Assembly: GCA_965228895.1 (NCBI GenBank)
Contig: OZ245842.1
Location: 3,968,001 to 4,032,000 of the forward strand
Reading direction: 5' to 3'
Source of the DNA: Alphaproteobacteria bacterium
GTDB taxonomy: Bacteria > Pseudomonadota > Alphaproteobacteria > SP197
Length of the DNA: 64,000 nucleotides
A program made the position numbers and the translations under genes. Positions 18,787-27,684 of this stretch are shown here, in pieces; the stretch's first letter is position 1; the number at the start of each line of letters is the position of its first letter. The notes beneath the pieces were generated by a model. It saw only the letters and a program-made list of their open reading frames with translations, did not search any database and was not told the origin of the DNA.

Positions 18787-19688
18787 CCTCAACGCCCGAC
18801 TTGGCTCCATGGAGCGAGCGCGTTCACCCGCTGGCCCTGCCCCATGTCTCCTTCGAGTTCTTCCCGCCAAAGAGCCGCAAGATGGAAGGCGTGCTGTGGC
18901 GCGAGATCAAGCGGCTGGAGCCGCTGGCGCCGCGCTTCGTCTCGGTCACGTTCGGTGCCGGCGGCGGCACGCGCGACACGACCCAGGCAACGGTCACGCG
19001 CATCCGCCAGGAGACGCGCCTGCAGCCCGCCGCGCATCTTACCTGCGTCGGTCTGACGACCATGGAGGTCGACGACATCGCGCGCTGCTATTGGGAAGCC
19101 GACATCAAACACATCGTCGCCCTGCGCGGCGATCTGCCGGGTGACGGCAGCGATGCGATCACGAGACAACGCTATCATTCGGCGGCGGAGCTGGTCGCGG
19201 GTCTGCGTGACGTCGCCGACTTCGACATCTCGGTCGCCGCCTATCCGGAGGTCCATCCGGACGCGGCCAGCCCCGGCGCCGATCTCGACAACCTCAAACG
19301 CAAACTCGATGCGGGCGCGACGCGCGCGATCACGCAGTTCTTTTTCGATCCCGATCTCTTCCTCGACTTTGTCGAGCGTGCCCGCGCCGCCGGCATTACG
19401 GCGCCGATCGTGCCGGGCATCCTGCCGGTCACCAACATCCAGCGCACCATTGCCTTCGCCGAGCGCTGTGGCGCCACCGTGCCGGGCTGGCTGATTGCGC
19501 TGTTCGACGGCATTGCGCCCGACGACGAGGAGACGACCAACCTGGTCGGTGCTGTCGCCGCGGCGGAACTGTGCCGCTATCTGCAGGCGCGCGGGATCGA
19601 AGAGTTCCACTTCTACACCCTCAACCGCGCCGACCTGACGACAGCGATCTGCCGCATTCTGCAAACGCCAGTGCTCACCACGACCTAG
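18783..19688 (+). CDS. metF: 5,10-methylenetetrahydrofolate reductase
   Basis: SFEFFPPK, AHLTCV, ALRGD, AAYPEVHP, ITQFFFD, HFYTLN. Confidence 0.96.
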   Translation: MTSTPDLAPWSERVHPLALPHVSFEFFPPKSRKMEGVLWREIKRLEPLAPRFVSVTFGAGGGTRDTTQATVTRIRQETRLQPAAHLTCVGLTTMEVDDIARCYWEADIKHIVALRGDLPGDGSDAITRQRYHSAAELVAGLRDVADFDISVAAYPEVHPDAASPGADLDNLKRKLDAGATRAITQFFFDPDLFLDFVERARAAGITAPIVPGILPVTNIQRTIAFAERCGATVPGWLIALFDGIAPDDEETTNLVGAVAAAELCRYLQARGIEEFHFYTLNRADLTTAICRILQTPVLTTT

Positions 19689-19770
19689 GCGGAACCGCCA
19701 AAGGCAATTCCACTCGACTGCCATCTGCTCTAGGTTCGCGGGTCCGTTCGTCACTCGTGGAGTTGGCCCC

Positions 19771-20616
19771 GTGCGTTTTGAAGGTACCGATACCTATGTT
19801 GCGACCGAGGATCTTGCGGTCAGCGTCAATGCCGCCATCGCGCTGGAGCGCCCGCTCCTGATCAAGGGCGAGCCCGGCACCGGCAAGACGATCCTGGCCG
19901 CCGAAATCGCCAAGTCGCTGGGCCGCAACCTCATCGAGTGGACGATCAAGTCGACCACCAAGGCCCAGCACGGGCTCTATGAGTACGACGCCGTGGCGCG
20001 CCTGCGCGACGGCCAGTTGGGCGACGAGCGCGTGCACGATATCGCCAACTACATCGTGCCTGGCAAGCTGTGGCAGGCCTTTGTCGCCGGCGACACGCCG
20101 GTCCTTTTGATCGACGAGATCGACAAGGCCGATATCGAGTTTCCCAATGACCTCTTGCAGGAACTCGACCGCATGGAGTTCTTCGTTCACGAGACCCAGG
20201 AGACGGTGCGCGCACAGCAGCGCCCGATCGTCGTCATTACGTCGAACAACGAAAAGGAGCTGCCCGACGCCTTCCTGCGCCGATGTTTCTTCCACTACAT
20301 CCGCTTCCCCGACGCCGACACCATGGCGCAGATCGTCGAGGTCCATCACCCGCAGATCAAACCGCGCCTGGTCAGCGAAGCGCTCAACGTCTTCTTCGAA
20401 CTGCGCGACGTGCCTGGCCTGAAGAAGAAACCGTCGACCTCTGAGCTGCTCGATTGGCTGAAGCTTTTGATGGTCGAGGATCTGCCCCCCGACGCACTAC
20501 GCGCACAGGACACAGGTTCGCTCATTCCGCCGCTCTATGGCGCGCTGCTCAAATCCGAGCAAGACGTCCACTTGCTGGAGCGTCTGGCGTTCCTCGATAG
20601 GCGCGAGCGCGGATAA
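19771..20616 (+). CDS. MoxR-family AAA+ ATPase
   Basis: GEPGTGKT, LLIDEIDKAD, ELPDAFLRRC. Confidence 0.93.
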   Translation: MRFEGTDTYVATEDLAVSVNAAIALERPLLIKGEPGTGKTILAAEIAKSLGRNLIEWTIKSTTKAQHGLYEYDAVARLRDGQLGDERVHDIANYIVPGKLWQAFVAGDTPVLLIDEIDKADIEFPNDLLQELDRMEFFVHETQETVRAQQRPIVVITSNNEKELPDAFLRRCFFHYIRFPDADTMAQIVEVHHPQIKPRLVSEALNVFFELRDVPGLKKKPSTSELLDWLKLLMVEDLPPDALRAQDTGSLIPPLYGALLKSEQDVHLLERLAFLDRRERG

Positions 20617-20644
20617 GCCATGCTCAACTGTCGTCGAAACGGCT

Positions 20645-20713
20645 CCAGCCCGCTCCCCCTCCCGGCCACCCCGAGGATGCTGCCATGGGTGGCCGGGAGG
20701 GGGAGCCGGCTGG
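20645..20713. repeat. 69-bp palindromic dispersed repeat, copy 1
   Basis: 27-bp arms and a 15-nt loop; matches the reverse complement of 53250-53318 at 66/69 positions. Confidence 0.9.
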
Positions 20714-20745
20714 CGATGCCAGCTAGATCGAGAAGGCGTTAGCCG

Positions 20746-21924
20746 ATGTTCGTCACGCTGTTCACCGAATTGCGTGATGCCGGCGTACCGGTTTCGCTGA
20801 GGGAGTATCTCGATCTCCTGGAGGCGACCGATTACGGCCTCGCCAACTACAAGGTCGACGATTTCTACTATCTCTCGCGCACGGCGCTGGTGAAGGACGA
20901 GAAGTATCTCGACCGCTTCGACCAGGTGTTCGGTCATGTCTTCAAGGGCCTTGAAGCGCCCGACGGCGAGGAGGGCACGGCCGAGATCCCCGAGGAGTGG
21001 CTCAAACGCCTCGCCGAACTGAACCTGACCGACGAAGAGAAAGCCGCGATCGAGGCCATGGGCGGTTTCGAGAAACTCATGGAAACGCTGAAGCAGCGCA
21101 TGGAGGAGCAGGAGAAGCGCCACCAGGGCGGCAGCAAGTGGATCGGCACCGCCGGCACCTCGCCGTTCGGCGCCTATGGCTACAATCCCGAGGGCATCCG
21201 CATCGGCCAGGACGGCAACCGCAACTTCAGCGCCGTCAAGGTGTGGGACAAGCGCGACTTCCGCGACCTCGACGGCGAGTCGGAAATCGGCACGCGCAAC
21301 ATCAAGGTCGCGCTGCGCCGCCTGCGCCGCTTCGCCCGAGAAGGCGCGGCCGACGAACTGGATATCGACGACACCATCCGTTCGACCGCCAAGAATGGCG
21401 GCTGGCTGGATCTCAAAATGGTGCCCGAGCGCCACAACGCGGTGAAGGTGCTGCTGCTGCTCGATATCGGCGGCTCGATGGACTGGCACATCCGCGCCTG
21501 CGAGGAGCTGTTCAGCGCCGCGCGCACGGAGTTCAAGCACCTCGAGCACTACTACTTCCACAACTGTCTCTACGAAAGCGTGTGGCGCGAGAACGCGCGC
21601 CGCCACCGCCAGCGCACGCCGACCTACGACCTCATGCACACCTATCCCGCCGACTACAAATTGGTCTTCGTCGGCGATGCCTCGATGAGCCCATACGAGA
21701 TCGCCGTGCCCGGCGGCAGCGTCGAGCACATGAACGACGAGCCGGGCGAGCTCTGGCTGCGCCGCATGCTGGCGCTCTACACCAAGGCCGTCTGGCTCAA
21801 CCCGATCCCACAAGACAAGTGGCGCTACACCGGCTCCATCGGCATGATCCGCGAAATCATGGAAGGGCGCATGTTCCCGCTGACCCTCGAAGGTCTCGAC
21901 GACGCCATGCGGGCGTTGGTGTAG
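20746..21924 (+). CDS. VWA-domain protein (CoxE-like MoxR partner)
   Basis: DIGGSM MIDAS-like motif, YFHNCLYE, VGDASMSPYE. Confidence 0.9.
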   Translation: MFVTLFTELRDAGVPVSLREYLDLLEATDYGLANYKVDDFYYLSRTALVKDEKYLDRFDQVFGHVFKGLEAPDGEEGTAEIPEEWLKRLAELNLTDEEKAAIEAMGGFEKLMETLKQRMEEQEKRHQGGSKWIGTAGTSPFGAYGYNPEGIRIGQDGNRNFSAVKVWDKRDFRDLDGESEIGTRNIKVALRRLRRFAREGAADELDIDDTIRSTAKNGGWLDLKMVPERHNAVKVLLLLDIGGSMDWHIRACEELFSAARTEFKHLEHYYFHNCLYESVWRENARRHRQRTPTYDLMHTYPADYKLVFVGDASMSPYEIAVPGGSVEHMNDEPGELWLRRMLALYTKAVWLNPIPQDKWRYTGSIGMIREIMEGRMFPLTLEGLDDAMRALV

Positions 21925-21973
21925 ACACCAACAGCGACCCGGCCGGATAGCCGGGACGCGACAGAGGCTTCCT

Positions 21974-22822
21974 CTACTTCCGACGCGACGGCGGTTCGAC
22001 ACCCGTCAGGTGCTTGCGTGCGGTGCGCCACAGCACATCCATAGCTTCGCGATAGGCGACGCCGTCGCGCGCGAGGATACGGCCCCACAGGCCGCTCTCG
22101 TCCGGCAACGTCGAGAGCCCGCAATAGGTGCCCGCGACATCGTCGACGGCTTCGCGCAAGGCAGTGAGCAAGCTGTTGCGGTCATCGTCGGTGACAACAC
22201 CGAAGGAGGCGTGGATCGGGTAACCGGCGGTCACCGCGCCGCCGTCGGCGGCCATCACATCGCCGTCGATCACGAACCGGTCCACTGCCATCACTTGCCC
22301 GCCTCGTGACAGCATGGTCTCCGACGCCAGTTCCGAAAAACGACCGTCCCCGCCTTTCGGATCGTGCATGATGATGCCGTCGCACCAAAGGACCGTCGCG
22401 CCCGGTTCGATGTCGAGCAGCAGCCGCGTCTTCAGCCGGCTCTCAGGAAACAGGATGAGCGCATCGGGCAGATATTCGACAAACGCGCCGTCGCGCGCGA
22501 CGACATGAGCGGTCTGCTCGGCATGGCCTTCGTTCATGGTGTGGACGACCGTCGAGGCCTGGGTCGTTAGATGGACGGCGGCGCCGGGCTCGGCCTCAAC
22601 CGCCATGTCGATACGGTCGCCCTGCAGGATGCCGGCGCCAATCGACTGCACGATCAAGGTCGCCATGCCTTCAGGCTTCGTGTCGAGCGCAAACGGACGG
22701 GTGATGTGAAACGGGAACCCGGCGATCTGGCGCGCCAGAAACGTCGCGCCATCGGGCGCGCGCCGGAACCTCAGGTCAAGTTGGCGGCCGATACGGGAGG
22801 GGTCGCCGAGCGCCCTATTCAT
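21974..22822 (-). CDS. ureD: Urease accessory protein UreD/UreH
   Basis: [26 protein letters not shown]; last gene of the ureEFG cluster. Confidence 0.85.
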   Translation of the reverse strand: MNRALGDPSRIGRQLDLRFRRAPDGATFLARQIAGFPFHITRPFALDTKPEGMATLIVQSIGAGILQGDRIDMAVEAEPGAAVHLTTQASTVVHTMNEGHAEQTAHVVARDGAFVEYLPDALILFPESRLKTRLLLDIEPGATVLWCDGIIMHDPKGGDGRFSELASETMLSRGGQVMAVDRFVIDGDVMAADGGAVTAGYPIHASFGVVTDDDRNSLLTALREAVDDVAGTYCGLSTLPDESGLWGRILARDGVAYREAMDVLWRTARKHLTGVEPPSRRK

Positions 22823-23447
22823 CGAACAAGACGTCGCGGGCGATCTGCGCGACGACCGCGTCCAGCCCCTCGCCGGCGCGGCAGTTGGTCACGATCACCG
22901 GTTTGTCGCCGCGAATCTGGCGCGCTTCTTCGACCATCCGGTCGAGGTCGACGCCGACATGAGGCGCCAAATCAGCCTTGTTGATAATCAAGAGATCGGC
23001 CTGGACGACGCCCGGCCCGCGTTTGCGCGGAATATCGCCGCCGCCGGCGACATCGATGACAAAAAGCCAGTAGTCGACCAGCTCGAGCGAAAAGGTCGAG
23101 GCCAGGTTGTCACCACCGGATTCCAGCAGGATGAGATCGAGCGGCGCGAAACGCGCCTCCAGCGTGTCGGCGGCGTCCAGGTTCAGCGTCGGATCTTCGC
23201 GGATCACCGTGTGCGGACAGGCACCCGCTTCGACCGCCAAAACGCGCTCCGGTGCGATCAGGCCGCTTTGGCGCAGACGTTCGGCGTCCTCCTTGGTCAC
23301 CAGATCATTCGTGATAACGGCAAGCGCTGTGCCGCGCGCACCAAAGCGCGGGATCAACTGCTCCACCAGCGCCGTCTTGCCCGAGCCGACCGGCCCGCCA
23401 ATGCCGACGCGCGCCGCTCCGGGTTCGGACGATTGTGCAAGGCTCAT
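22815..23447 (-). CDS. ureG: Urease accessory GTPase UreG
   Basis: [23 protein letters not shown]. Confidence 0.95.
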   Translation of the reverse strand: MSLAQSSEPGAARVGIGGPVGSGKTALVEQLIPRFGARGTALAVITNDLVTKEDAERLRQSGLIAPERVLAVEAGACPHTVIREDPTLNLDAADTLEARFAPLDLILLESGGDNLASTFSLELVDYWLFVIDVAGGGDIPRKRGPGVVQADLLIINKADLAPHVGVDLDRMVEEARQIRGDKPVIVTNCRAGEGLDAVVAQIARDVLFDE

Positions 23448-23465
23448 GTGTCTTCCCCCCGGCGG

Positions 23466-24140
23466 TCAGGTGGCGAACAGACGGGCGTCGCCCGTTTCGT
23501 GACGCATGACGGCGATCTCGGCCGCCGGCGTAAAGGCGTTCGGTCGGTCGGGCACCGGCTGGTCCAGCAACGCCGTGATGTCCTCGCGCAATCCCGCCAG
23601 CAGTGCTTGCGCCTCCATCGGACCCAGAATCGCAAGTCGTATCGCCGCCTGCGTGATGCCGCTGGCGAGCGTAAAGGCGGCGACGGTCTCGATCTCCGCC
23701 AGGGCGAGCCCAGCGCCGGACCAGGCGACCCCCTGGGCCACCGGCAGATGACCATAGGCCTCGCCGCGCTTGACCGCCGCCTGATAGGCCAGCACCCCAG
23801 GCGTCTCCAACTTCGCATGGGCACGCAACAGCGAGCGCCCGGCGCGGCGCGATCCCTCACGCATTTCGGCCGGCAAGGTCAGCGCCTCGACTTCGCGGTC
23901 GAGCGACGCCAAACGGTCGAGATCGTCCGTTACTTCCACGGCGCGACGCAGAAACAGCCGGTCCGATGTGGACCAACGATGGGCCAACTGACTGCGCGCG
24001 AAGGATGCCACGCCTGCCGCATCGTTCACCAAGCTGTCCGCCTTGAGCGTCTCCAGCCCCCATGAAAACGCGAACGCGCCGGATGGAAAGGCGCTGTCGC
24101 CGTGCTGCAGGGCGATCAGGAGGGCTCTCGCGTCAGTCAC
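23466..24140 (-). CDS. ureF: Urease accessory protein UreF
   Basis: DSAFPSGAFAFSWGLE, C-terminal HETGDARLFAT; GTG start overlapping ureE. Confidence 0.92.
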   Translation of the reverse strand: MTDARALLIALQHGDSAFPSGAFAFSWGLETLKADSLVNDAAGVASFARSQLAHRWSTSDRLFLRRAVEVTDDLDRLASLDREVEALTLPAEMREGSRRAGRSLLRAHAKLETPGVLAYQAAVKRGEAYGHLPVAQGVAWSGAGLALAEIETVAAFTLASGITQAAIRLAILGPMEAQALLAGLREDITALLDQPVPDRPNAFTPAAEIAVMRHETGDARLFAT

Positions 24141-24582
24141 GATCGACCACCCGGGCGCGGCCATCGGTCAGGTAAGCATCGAGCCTGTCGAGGTAGACCT
24201 GTTCGGGCCCCTCAAGCGCAATGGCCAGGGTGCCGGCGTTGAAATGGACGCGCCAATGCATGTTGCCGGCGTGATAGCCCAGCTCCAGCGCCGCGGCCGC
24301 GTCGCGCGGTTCCAGGCGCAGCCAGCGTTCGTCAGCGGCGCGCACGACAATGGCCCGATCGTCCTCCAGGAGCAGAACAGCGCCGTCCTCAAGGTCGCGA
24401 TCGCGCGGCAAAGCGACGGCGCACACGGTGCCCTTATCGGTTTCTGCACGCAAGCGGTGTCGAAGCATGTCGCGACGTTCCAGGCGAATCGTCTCGACGG
24501 CGTCGCGATGAGCCAGGTCGTGCAGGCGCTCGTGCAGATCCCCGTCGGTCGCCAGACCGACGATGGTCGTGAGTTTCAGCAT
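24133..24582 (-). CDS. ureE: Urease accessory protein UreE (no His-rich tail)
   Basis: RHRLRAETDKG, LEDGAVL, LGYHAGNMHW. Confidence 0.85.
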   Translation of the reverse strand: MLKLTTIVGLATDGDLHERLHDLAHRDAVETIRLERRDMLRHRLRAETDKGTVCAVALPRDRDLEDGAVLLLEDDRAIVVRAADERWLRLEPRDAAAALELGYHAGNMHWRVHFNAGTLAIALEGPEQVYLDRLDAYLTDGRARVVDRD

Positions 24583-24672
24583 GGCCGCCACGATGCCGTC
24601 CGCGGCCGGGTTTCACAAGAGGTCTCGGCCTGGCCGTGTTTCTCCTTGCCACGGCCCATCCGGTCGTGACCA

Positions 24673-25584
24673 ATGGGTTTCCCGCCGCCGGATCCCGTCA
24701 TGCGCCTCATCGACATTCTGACCGCCATCGCCGTCCCGATGATCTGGGGTTTCGGCTTCGCGCTGGCCAAGGATGCCTTTGACCAGTTCCCGCCGATCTT
24801 CCTGATGTCCATGCGGTTCGGTTTTGCCGCCCTGGTGCTGATCTGGTTCGTCGGCAGGTTGCGGACAGGTGAAGGACCGCGCCTGGCCCTGATCGCCTTT
24901 GTCGGCGGTACCGTGGCCTATGGCCTCCAGTTCACGGGCCTTGAAGGTCTCGACGCGTCGACCGCAGCACTGATCGTTCAGCTCGAGGTGGTGTTCGCCA
25001 CGATCTTCGCGGCCATCTTTTTGGGCGACCGGATCGGCTGGGTGCGCGCTGCCGCCATGGCATCGGCCTTTATCGGCATCGGCCTGATCGCCGGCGAGCC
25101 CAGCCTGCACAACAGCACCTTTCACCTGACGCTGCTGATCATCGGCGGCATCGCCTGGGCCGGCGGCCAGGTCTTGATCAAGACCCTCGGCGCCTTTGGC
25201 GGTTTGAGGTTGATCGCCTATTTCGCCGTCTTTGCCGCGCCGCAGATGCTGGTCGTCTCGCTGATCGTCGAAGACGGCCAGTGGCAGGCGGTCTCTACTG
25301 CCAGTGCCTTGGACTGGATCAAGGTGCTCTATCTCGCCTTCATCATGACCGCGGCCGGTTATGCTCTGTGGTACCGCCTGATCGGCCATTACCGGCTGAG
25401 CCAGGTTATGCCATTCATCCTGCTGGTGCCGGTGACCAGCGTTGCCGGCGGCATCGTCATGCTGGGCGAGAGCCTGACGTTCAACATTGCGGTGGGCGGT
25501 ATCATCATCATGGGGGCGGTCGCCGCCATTCAGTTGATCCCGCCGCCGCCCGAACGCCGGCCCACCGGCGAGGCGGCGGACTGA
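24673..25584 (+). CDS. EamA/DMT family transporter
   Basis: About 10 hydrophobic segments; IWGFGF, FPPIFLMSMRF, PFILLVPV; start may be 24700. Confidence 0.9.
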   Translation: MGFPPPDPVMRLIDILTAIAVPMIWGFGFALAKDAFDQFPPIFLMSMRFGFAALVLIWFVGRLRTGEGPRLALIAFVGGTVAYGLQFTGLEGLDASTAALIVQLEVVFATIFAAIFLGDRIGWVRAAAMASAFIGIGLIAGEPSLHNSTFHLTLLIIGGIAWAGGQVLIKTLGAFGGLRLIAYFAVFAAPQMLVVSLIVEDGQWQAVSTASALDWIKVLYLAFIMTAAGYALWYRLIGHYRLSQVMPFILLVPVTSVAGGIVMLGESLTFNIAVGGIIIMGAVAAIQLIPPPPERRPTGEAAD

Positions 25585-25860
25585 GATTTCGGGTTCTGGC
25601 TGGCATTACCGGCCCACTCGTTCGGCGTGAAGCCACGGAATCATCACAAAACGTCCCCACTTGCGCCGTGATTGGAGCGCCTCATAGCCTTGCCGGACCA
25701 ACCGCCGGCAACGAGCACAATTGTCGGATACAGCGGCAATCGCGCTCGTGACGCGACGGACCGGGGTGACGCCCTTCAACGTCCCCTGCGCCGCCCGGCA
25801 GCCCCCCGGGTAAGACGCAAACCTCCAAGCCCCGGTTCGTACGCGCCCTTCTTTCATAGT

Positions 25861-26499
25861 CTAGGGATCGAAGGTGACTGTCTCGAAGGCACGCGCCGTC
25901 TTGTCATCCGGCCAAATCACCGGATCGGACGGCTGGGTGGCGGCATCGGTGACCGTCGTGCCCTCGCCAGTCGCCGTCAACAGGACCGTGCCCGCCTCGG
26001 TCGTGACCGAGATCGAGCCTTCCAGCAGCAGAACACCGTAGTTGCCGTCAATCGGCCCGCCCCAGAACTGGGTGCCGCGAATGCCGACCACCGCCAGATT
26101 GGTAAGGACCGTCACGTTGTCAGGGTCCTGTTTGCCAATGTCGCCGGTCGCCATCAGAAACGCACCGGCGATCATGTCGAGCGTGCTGACGCTGTTGTCG
26201 CCGTCGGGATCGTAGACGTAGTCGCTGATCTCCAGCACGGCGTTCTCGCCCAAGGTAACCACCGTGCCGTCGACAAACGTGACCTCAAGGCGCGCCTGGC
26301 GCCCGGTCGACAGCACATCGCCGTCGTAGATGTCCGATCCCGTCTGAAGCGTGCGGTTTTCGTCGACGTTCTTCGCCGTCGCGTCGGCCTGCACCCGTGT
26401 CACCTCGCCGACCCGATCGGCGGCCGCGGCCGGCATGCCAATCGCCAGACCAGCGGCTGCCACGATCACGACGACAAGAAGTCTTTGCAAAACAAACAT
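25861..26499 (-). CDS. FecR-domain exported protein
   Basis: Signal peptide; GDVLSTGRQARLEVTFVDGT, AVVGIRGT. Confidence 0.8.
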   Translation of the reverse strand: MFVLQRLLVVVIVAAAGLAIGMPAAAADRVGEVTRVQADATAKNVDENRTLQTGSDIYDGDVLSTGRQARLEVTFVDGTVVTLGENAVLEISDYVYDPDGDNSVSTLDMIAGAFLMATGDIGKQDPDNVTVLTNLAVVGIRGTQFWGGPIDGNYGVLLLEGSISVTTEAGTVLLTATGEGTTVTDAATQPSDPVIWPDDKTARAFETVTFDP

Positions 26500-26571
26500 G
26501 GTTCTTCCCCCGGTTTGACACCCGCTAGATGGCACCGGCGAACCGGCAGGACAACCCGCCGAAGTGTTGCA

Positions 26572-27540
26572 TTAGGGTTTCAATGATTCGCCAATCTGCC
26601 CCGATTGGATCATCGCGGCGATCGCCGTCAGCACCATACGCGCGCAAACGGTTGCGCCGATGCCGCTGGAAAAGTCGTGTTCGGGGCCAAATTCGACGAT
26701 ATCCAGGCCGGCGATACGGCCCTTTTGCGCAACGCCGCGAATCAGATCGATGACGTCGTAATAGGAGATGCCGCCGGGCGCCGGCACGCTGAGGCTGGGA
26801 AAATCCGCGGGATCAATGCCGTCGCAATCGATGGTGATCAGAAATTCACTGCCTTCGGGCACCTGATCCAGAGCCGCCGCGATCCCGCCCTCGCGGACGG
26901 CGCGCGCGGTCACCAGACGCGAACCCCAGGCCTCGGCATCGGCGACCTCCGACGGCCGGGCACTGCCGATGCCTCTGAGGCCGACCTGAACCATGCCGGT
27001 AACACAATCAAGCTCTGAGGCGCGCCGCATCGGGCTCGAATAGCCGAACCGGCTGCCATAGACCTCGTCGCGCCAATCGAGATGCGCATCGACCTGGATG
27101 ACGGTGAACGGCCCGCGCCCCTCAAACGCTCTGAAGAACGGAATCGGCACGCTGTCATCGCCGCCCAGCACGATCGGCACGGCGCCCTTGTCGAGGATCG
27201 CACGCACGGTTGTCGCGGCGCGCTCGCGATTGGTCTCGCCGTCGGCGGGATTGGGCCCGCCGACCACATCGCCGCAATCGGCGATGCGCACATCGACACC
27301 GTCGAGCAGCGCACGGCCGATATCGAAGTCATAGTGCTCCAACGAACGACGGTCGGTGCGCGCACGAATCGCCGTGGGCGAACCGGCGCTTTCGTTAACC
27401 GGCGTTTCCGTATCGTAGGTCGTGCCATAGGGAATGCCGAGCACAGCGACATCGGCCTCAAGGGCCGCCAGGTCGGTAACGACGGGGACGCCGGCAAAGC
27501 TGCGGCCGCCCTCCGGCAGCCGGGTCATAGATGCGGTCAT
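26572..27540 (-). CDS. Ureohydrolase (agmatinase/arginase family)
   Basis: GGDDS, DAHLD, SSPMRR, DCDGIDP, PGG, DIVE. Confidence 0.9.
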   Translation of the reverse strand: MTASMTRLPEGGRSFAGVPVVTDLAALEADVAVLGIPYGTTYDTETPVNESAGSPTAIRARTDRRSLEHYDFDIGRALLDGVDVRIADCGDVVGGPNPADGETNRERAATTVRAILDKGAVPIVLGGDDSVPIPFFRAFEGRGPFTVIQVDAHLDWRDEVYGSRFGYSSPMRRASELDCVTGMVQVGLRGIGSARPSEVADAEAWGSRLVTARAVREGGIAAALDQVPEGSEFLITIDCDGIDPADFPSLSVPAPGGISYYDVIDLIRGVAQKGRIAGLDIVEFGPEHDFSSGIGATVCARMVLTAIAAMIQSGQIGESLKP

Positions 27541-27684
27541 GGTTCACTGCCTTTTGGTCAGGGGAACGGATCGATGCGGCGACCGGGACAAAACCTAGCC
27601 CGAATACCCGGCAAAGACAGTAGGTGTCAGGAGGCCGGAAACCACAGGTGGCGGCGAGGCCCGGAACTTAGTAGGACTGATGCC

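Noticed and set aside
25757-25839. c-di-GMP-I riboswitch or tRNA-Sec (GACGCAAA and CTTCAA motifs)
   Set aside because: The other conserved elements and the cloverleaf are missing, and there is no downstream gene on the plus strand.
27082-27684. Apparent 200-aa N-terminal fusion on the YcaQ-like ORF
   Set aside because: Overlaps the ureohydrolase on the opposite strand; the start with an RBS is 27685.
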